Shown here: positions 24,085 through 24,934 of the stretch, in pieces
How the letters are laid out: each line of letters starts with the position of its first letter
Numbering within the stretch: the stretch's first letter is position 1
Position numbers and translations under genes: made by a program
Notes under the pieces: generated by a model
Seen by the model: only the letters and a program-made list of their open reading frames with translations
Databases searched by the model: none
What the model was told of the DNA's origin: nothing
Source of the DNA: Elusimicrobiota bacterium
Lineage (GTDB): Bacteria > Elusimicrobiota > Elusimicrobia > UBA1565 > JACRDR01
Assembly (NCBI GenBank): GCA_041694815.1
Contig: JBGFSC010000051.1
Location: 1-24,934 of the forward strand
Direction of reading: 5' to 3'
Length of the DNA stretch: 24,934 nucleotides

Positions 24085-24777
24085 TCAGAACCTAAAACGT
24101 TGTTCGGCCGTTTCCTCGGAGTCGGCAGGTGATTTGTGAGGAATCGCGGCTCGCTCGCCGAAAGTGCGATGGATCTCTCGGACTTCTTGACGACTTAATG
24201 TGGGAGCGGGCTGTCGACGGTGCAGCCATTTGGCGATATTCTCCCCGTAGAGTTCGGCGGAGGAGTAAAAAACAACCGCTCCCGCGCCGAAAAGGGCTCC
24301 TAAAGCGATCATTCCAAGCGTGAAGGCGCGACGTTGAGAAGGTTGGATAGAAAAATATTTGGATATCAATACTCCCGCGCCAATTCCCGAGAGGATGTTG
24401 AAGGAGAGCATTGCGGTTGACATGGGGTCGAAGCGTTGCAACAGGATGGATATAGCGAGCACATGAATAGGGATACTCACCAAAGAGCCCAATAAACCTA
24501 GGGGGATGCCGGCGATCAGCCGGCCGGTCAGGCGCTGCCTTTCGGTCGGCTCCGGAGACGTGACGGGCAGGACTGTCCGTTCCGCAGGTGGAACGGTTAG
24601 GGCCTGGTGGAATCGTTTCGCCGATCCGAACGCAGGCACGAGGGGCATCGTTGCCGTCGCGGCCCCATTATCATCAAATAGAATTCCGGCGGTAACTTTA
24701 TCTTGCTCGAGCTTTTGCGCGAGGGCGAGGGAGGGGGCGAGTAAGAGGGTAAAAAGAAGTTTCACGTAATTATCCAT
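24085..24777 (-). CDS. Hypothetical membrane protein (signal peptide, 3 TM)
   Basis: MDNYVKLLFTLLLAPSLALA signal, three Gly-rich hydrophobic segments, ends AEQRFRF; TATGAT 5 nt before the ATG. Confidence 0.75.
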   Translation of the reverse strand: MDNYVKLLFTLLLAPSLALAQKLEQDKVTAGILFDDNGAATATMPLVPAFGSAKRFHQALTVPPAERTVLPVTSPEPTERQRLTGRLIAGIPLGLLGSLVSIPIHVLAISILLQRFDPMSTAMLSFNILSGIGAGVLISKYFSIQPSQRRAFTLGMIALGALFGAGAVVFYSSAELYGENIAKWLHRRQPAPTLSRQEVREIHRTFGERAAIPHKSPADSEETAEQRFRF

Positions 24778-24816
24778 CTTAAATCATAGGGTAAATGAGA
24801 GATAGAAAAATTACCT

Positions 24817-24854
24817 GAGCCTTAAGGCCCAGACGAATCGGACCCTATAGACCT
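24817..24854. promoter_or_regulatory. Palindromic boxes similar to 23400-23437
   Basis: GAGCCTTAAGGCCC (24817-24830), followed by AGACGAATCGGACCC and GGACCCTATAGACCT. Confidence 0.35.
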
Positions 24855-24934
24855 ATTCGGAGAGAACTCGTCGGGCACATCGTTACCACCTACCGAAAGA
24901 ACGAGAAATCTGTTGGATGTCGTTTAAAGAATTA

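Noticed and set aside
1..24934. CRISPR array, rRNA, riboswitch or phage/defence genes
   Set aside because: No regularly spaced repeats or recognisable motifs found by eye; an Rfam/Infernal scan would be needed to exclude small RNAs.

Overview
GC-rich bacterial chromosome segment. Gene style (GYF_2-type protein, TPR-SpoIID fusion, secreted 'FDG'-motif hypotheticals) suggests Elusimicrobiota, but that is inference only. The core is a minus-strand housekeeping block: tRNA-Lys(CTT), a VirB10/TrbI-like gene, tRNA-Leu(TAG), tig, clpP, lon, a class V aminotransferase, serA and a PilH/PilI/PilG-like ABC trio, with no clpX. It is followed by a CBS protein, a HEAT-repeat plus degenerate HD-GYP pair (the HD-GYP gene split by an A9 tract), a GYF_2 membrane protein, pepP, and an envelope operon (small membrane protein, TPR-SpoIID-like, GT4, patatin). 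Both ends look accessory: an IS4-family right end plus an HEXXH protein on the left, and a DUF4157-like protein plus two similarly built membrane proteins on the right. Most notable signals: (1) a gene wedged between two tRNAs whose reading frame runs through tRNA-Lys; (2) six genes with a -10 box 5-7 nt before the start codon, suggesting widespread leaderless translation; (3) a 57-bp double-hairpin insert flanked by CTAG, in frame in the ABC ATPase; (4) ClpP with a Ser-His-Asn triad coupled to lon; (5) a shared uncharacterised N-terminal domain in the HEAT and HD-GYP proteins; (6) a SpoIID domain lacking its catalytic Glu. All family assignments come from motif recognition, not from database searches.
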